A stretch of 64,000 nt of DNA, taken from Tubiluchus corallicola (taxonomy: Eukaryota > Animalia > Priapulida). Shown here one piece after another: positions 61,975 to 64,000 of the stretch. Position 1 is the first letter of the stretch. Each line of letters begins with the position of its first letter. The stretch covers positions 62,001-126,000 of the forward strand of contig JAQGDQ010002387.1 of the NCBI GenBank assembly GCA_030141605.1, read 5' to 3'. Below the pieces are notes generated by a model, which saw nothing but the letters and a program-made list of their open reading frames with translations, was not told the origin of the DNA and searched no databases. The position numbers and the translations under genes are program-made.

Positions 61975-64000
61975 GTAAAGGTTCAAACAAAAATTAAGCT
62001 GAGGGTAATGATAGATGTTTAGTAAAATAACACAATTCACAGTTCTTTCTAACAGAGTTCCTCCTCAAAAGAGTACAAGATGGTATTGCTAAATGCTGTA
62101 GTGAATGCATGAATGCCAAACGAAACACTTTGTTTTGCAAAAACTGAACTTTGCGAATATTTTAAAGCAGAAATTAGCGGAAATTAAAAAAATGAAATTA
62201 TAAGTTTACTTTTATATTCTTTGAAGCCCTTGAACTTGCAAATTTTATTCCTGGGAAGTGTTACTAAAGATGATAATGACTACGTGACAGTGACAGTGTG
62301 ACACTTTTAGATTCTATTTTAAGTTTGTCATTATGTGCAGTTTGAAGAAAATTGAGAAATTTCTTACTTGGTAAACAGTCTTCAGGTGATACGTATCAGC
62401 CATAATGATCACCTTCTGATGAGTATTCAAAATATATGTCAGAATGAGAACTACCTACTGTCAGGTTAAAATATTCAAATTTTTCACATCAGTTAAAATT
62501 AACCTTCACTGGTTAACTTGTGGGTGGGGTATTAGAAACAAGAAAGCATCCTTAGATTCCTGATTCATAGAAAGTAAAGAAAGGTGATTTCTGAAGGAAG
62601 ATTCTTTTAGAGGTTGGTACATTATAACAACATGTGTAGGGCAGACTTATGAGAGTGTCAAAAATATTATACACAGACTTTGAGGCCTTAGCCTTCAGCC
62701 AGTCTAGCTTGTAGGTGAATTTACCCCTAGACGAAAACCTCAAACTGCTCGGTTAGCTGAAGAACTTAGGCCTCGTTTAAATGCAAGAAATAGTTTTATT
62801 ATGTGTTACTGGATAAAGACTTGAAAGGGGTTATGACATGTGGCGACTTCAGTAATGAATGTTATATTAATTATAAAAAAACAGAATCTTGATGTATGAA
62901 CAGAATTGAAAGATGTTTATGAAATTTTAGCAAGATCTAGAAAGTTTTATTAAATTGTAAGGGCTTTTTATAGTTATTAAGTAATTTGCAGCTAATAAAT
63001 TTGTGTCTAACAGTGGTAATTTTTGTTAGGAGTTGGACATACCAATCAGTAAAGCCAGTTTCTTGAAAAGTAATAGACATACTAACATAGCCACTCGCTT
63101 CTAAAACTATATATTATGTGTAAAGCTTCAATAGATATTATCACACCACTTTCAATTTCGGCTCTCTAAATGTACTTGGAGATAAAATTTTTTATCTCTA
63201 CCACGCGCTACCAAAATCTCAGCTTTTGCCAAAAAAAAAAACAAACACTGCTGTGCCAAGTAGATACTGTAACTGTGGCTGAAAAGTTTTTGATTAAATT
63301 TCTGATTAAAAAATAGGCACCCAGCTTGTGAAGCAATACGTATGCGTATATATATATATATTGTAACAAATTTTGTGTATATATACTGCTGTTGCTATTG
63401 CCGCTGCTGCCACCACTACTATTAGCATGACAACGTATGTATTACACATACAGTATGTATGCAATATATCTTTGAGTTGTGAAGATTTCACAAATTTATT
63501 TGTTTTCATTTGAAATTAACCAAAGTTCTCAAGAGGTCTTTATTAATTTTATCATTAAGTTTTTTGGAGAAAACCTGGGATGAAAACATGACAAAAACGA
63601 TGAATTTAAATAAATTGAAAAAATGACTAATACCTTTCTGCTGGTTGATTGGCATTGTATTACTTGCTTCTTATTTTGATCATTCTACTTGGTTTGTTGG
63701 TAATCATTTGAGGTCTGTCATATTCTAATAATAATTCTACCATCATACTGTTTAGGATGCTTTCTTGTGTACTTGATGAAACTGATAAGAATTTCCACAG
63801 GTGTTTAACTAGATGATTGATTTACACATAACAACAGCTTTGAGCCAAATTACAAAATTACCTTGTGAATAGTGGGTTTGGAAACATCTCCATGTCTATT
63901 AGGTTTTGCTATTTATGTCAGTTGTAGAATAGCTCTGCGTATCACTGGCTAGCCAAAAGGACTGTTGCTTCCTGGGTCGAAATGAAGTATTGCTTGTGAG

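Noticed and set aside
62552-62760. Minus-strand 63-aa ORF as a gene
   Set aside because: At most a faint resemblance to a decayed LINE ORF2 C-terminal fragment; too weak to call.

Overview
AT-rich eukaryotic (animal, probably invertebrate) genomic DNA with spliceosomal introns. The exon chains below were assembled by hand, checking GT/GC-AG boundaries and codon phase at every junction. Three multi-exon genes can be reconstructed: (1) a RAD54L2/ARIP4-like SNF2 helicase (+, 119-22190, 22 coding exons, about 2383 aa); (2) an arsenite methyltransferase AS3MT (-, 38297-26919, 9 coding exons, about 403 aa); (3) a PPM1H/J/M-type PP2C phosphatase (+, from 39724), head-to-head with AS3MT. The phosphatase can end at 55875 (about 499 aa) or splice to an extra acidic-repeat exon ending at 58521 (about 797 aa). 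The introns hold two decayed LINEs, several non-autonomous DNA transposons, a hairpin-bounded element with a 149-bp satellite, SINE-like repeats and microsatellites. A fourth gene may begin near 61.3-64 kb. I found no convincing wholly new multi-gene system. The best leads are the stop-codon/splice-donor switch that adds a 12-aa-repeat acidic tail to the phosphatase, the E-box/MRE/CTCF cluster between AS3MT and the phosphatase, the enlarged Cys-rich AS3MT tail, and the AT-hook plus ~320-aa insertion inside the ARIP4 ATPase core. Gene names come from recalled motif similarity; no database search was run.
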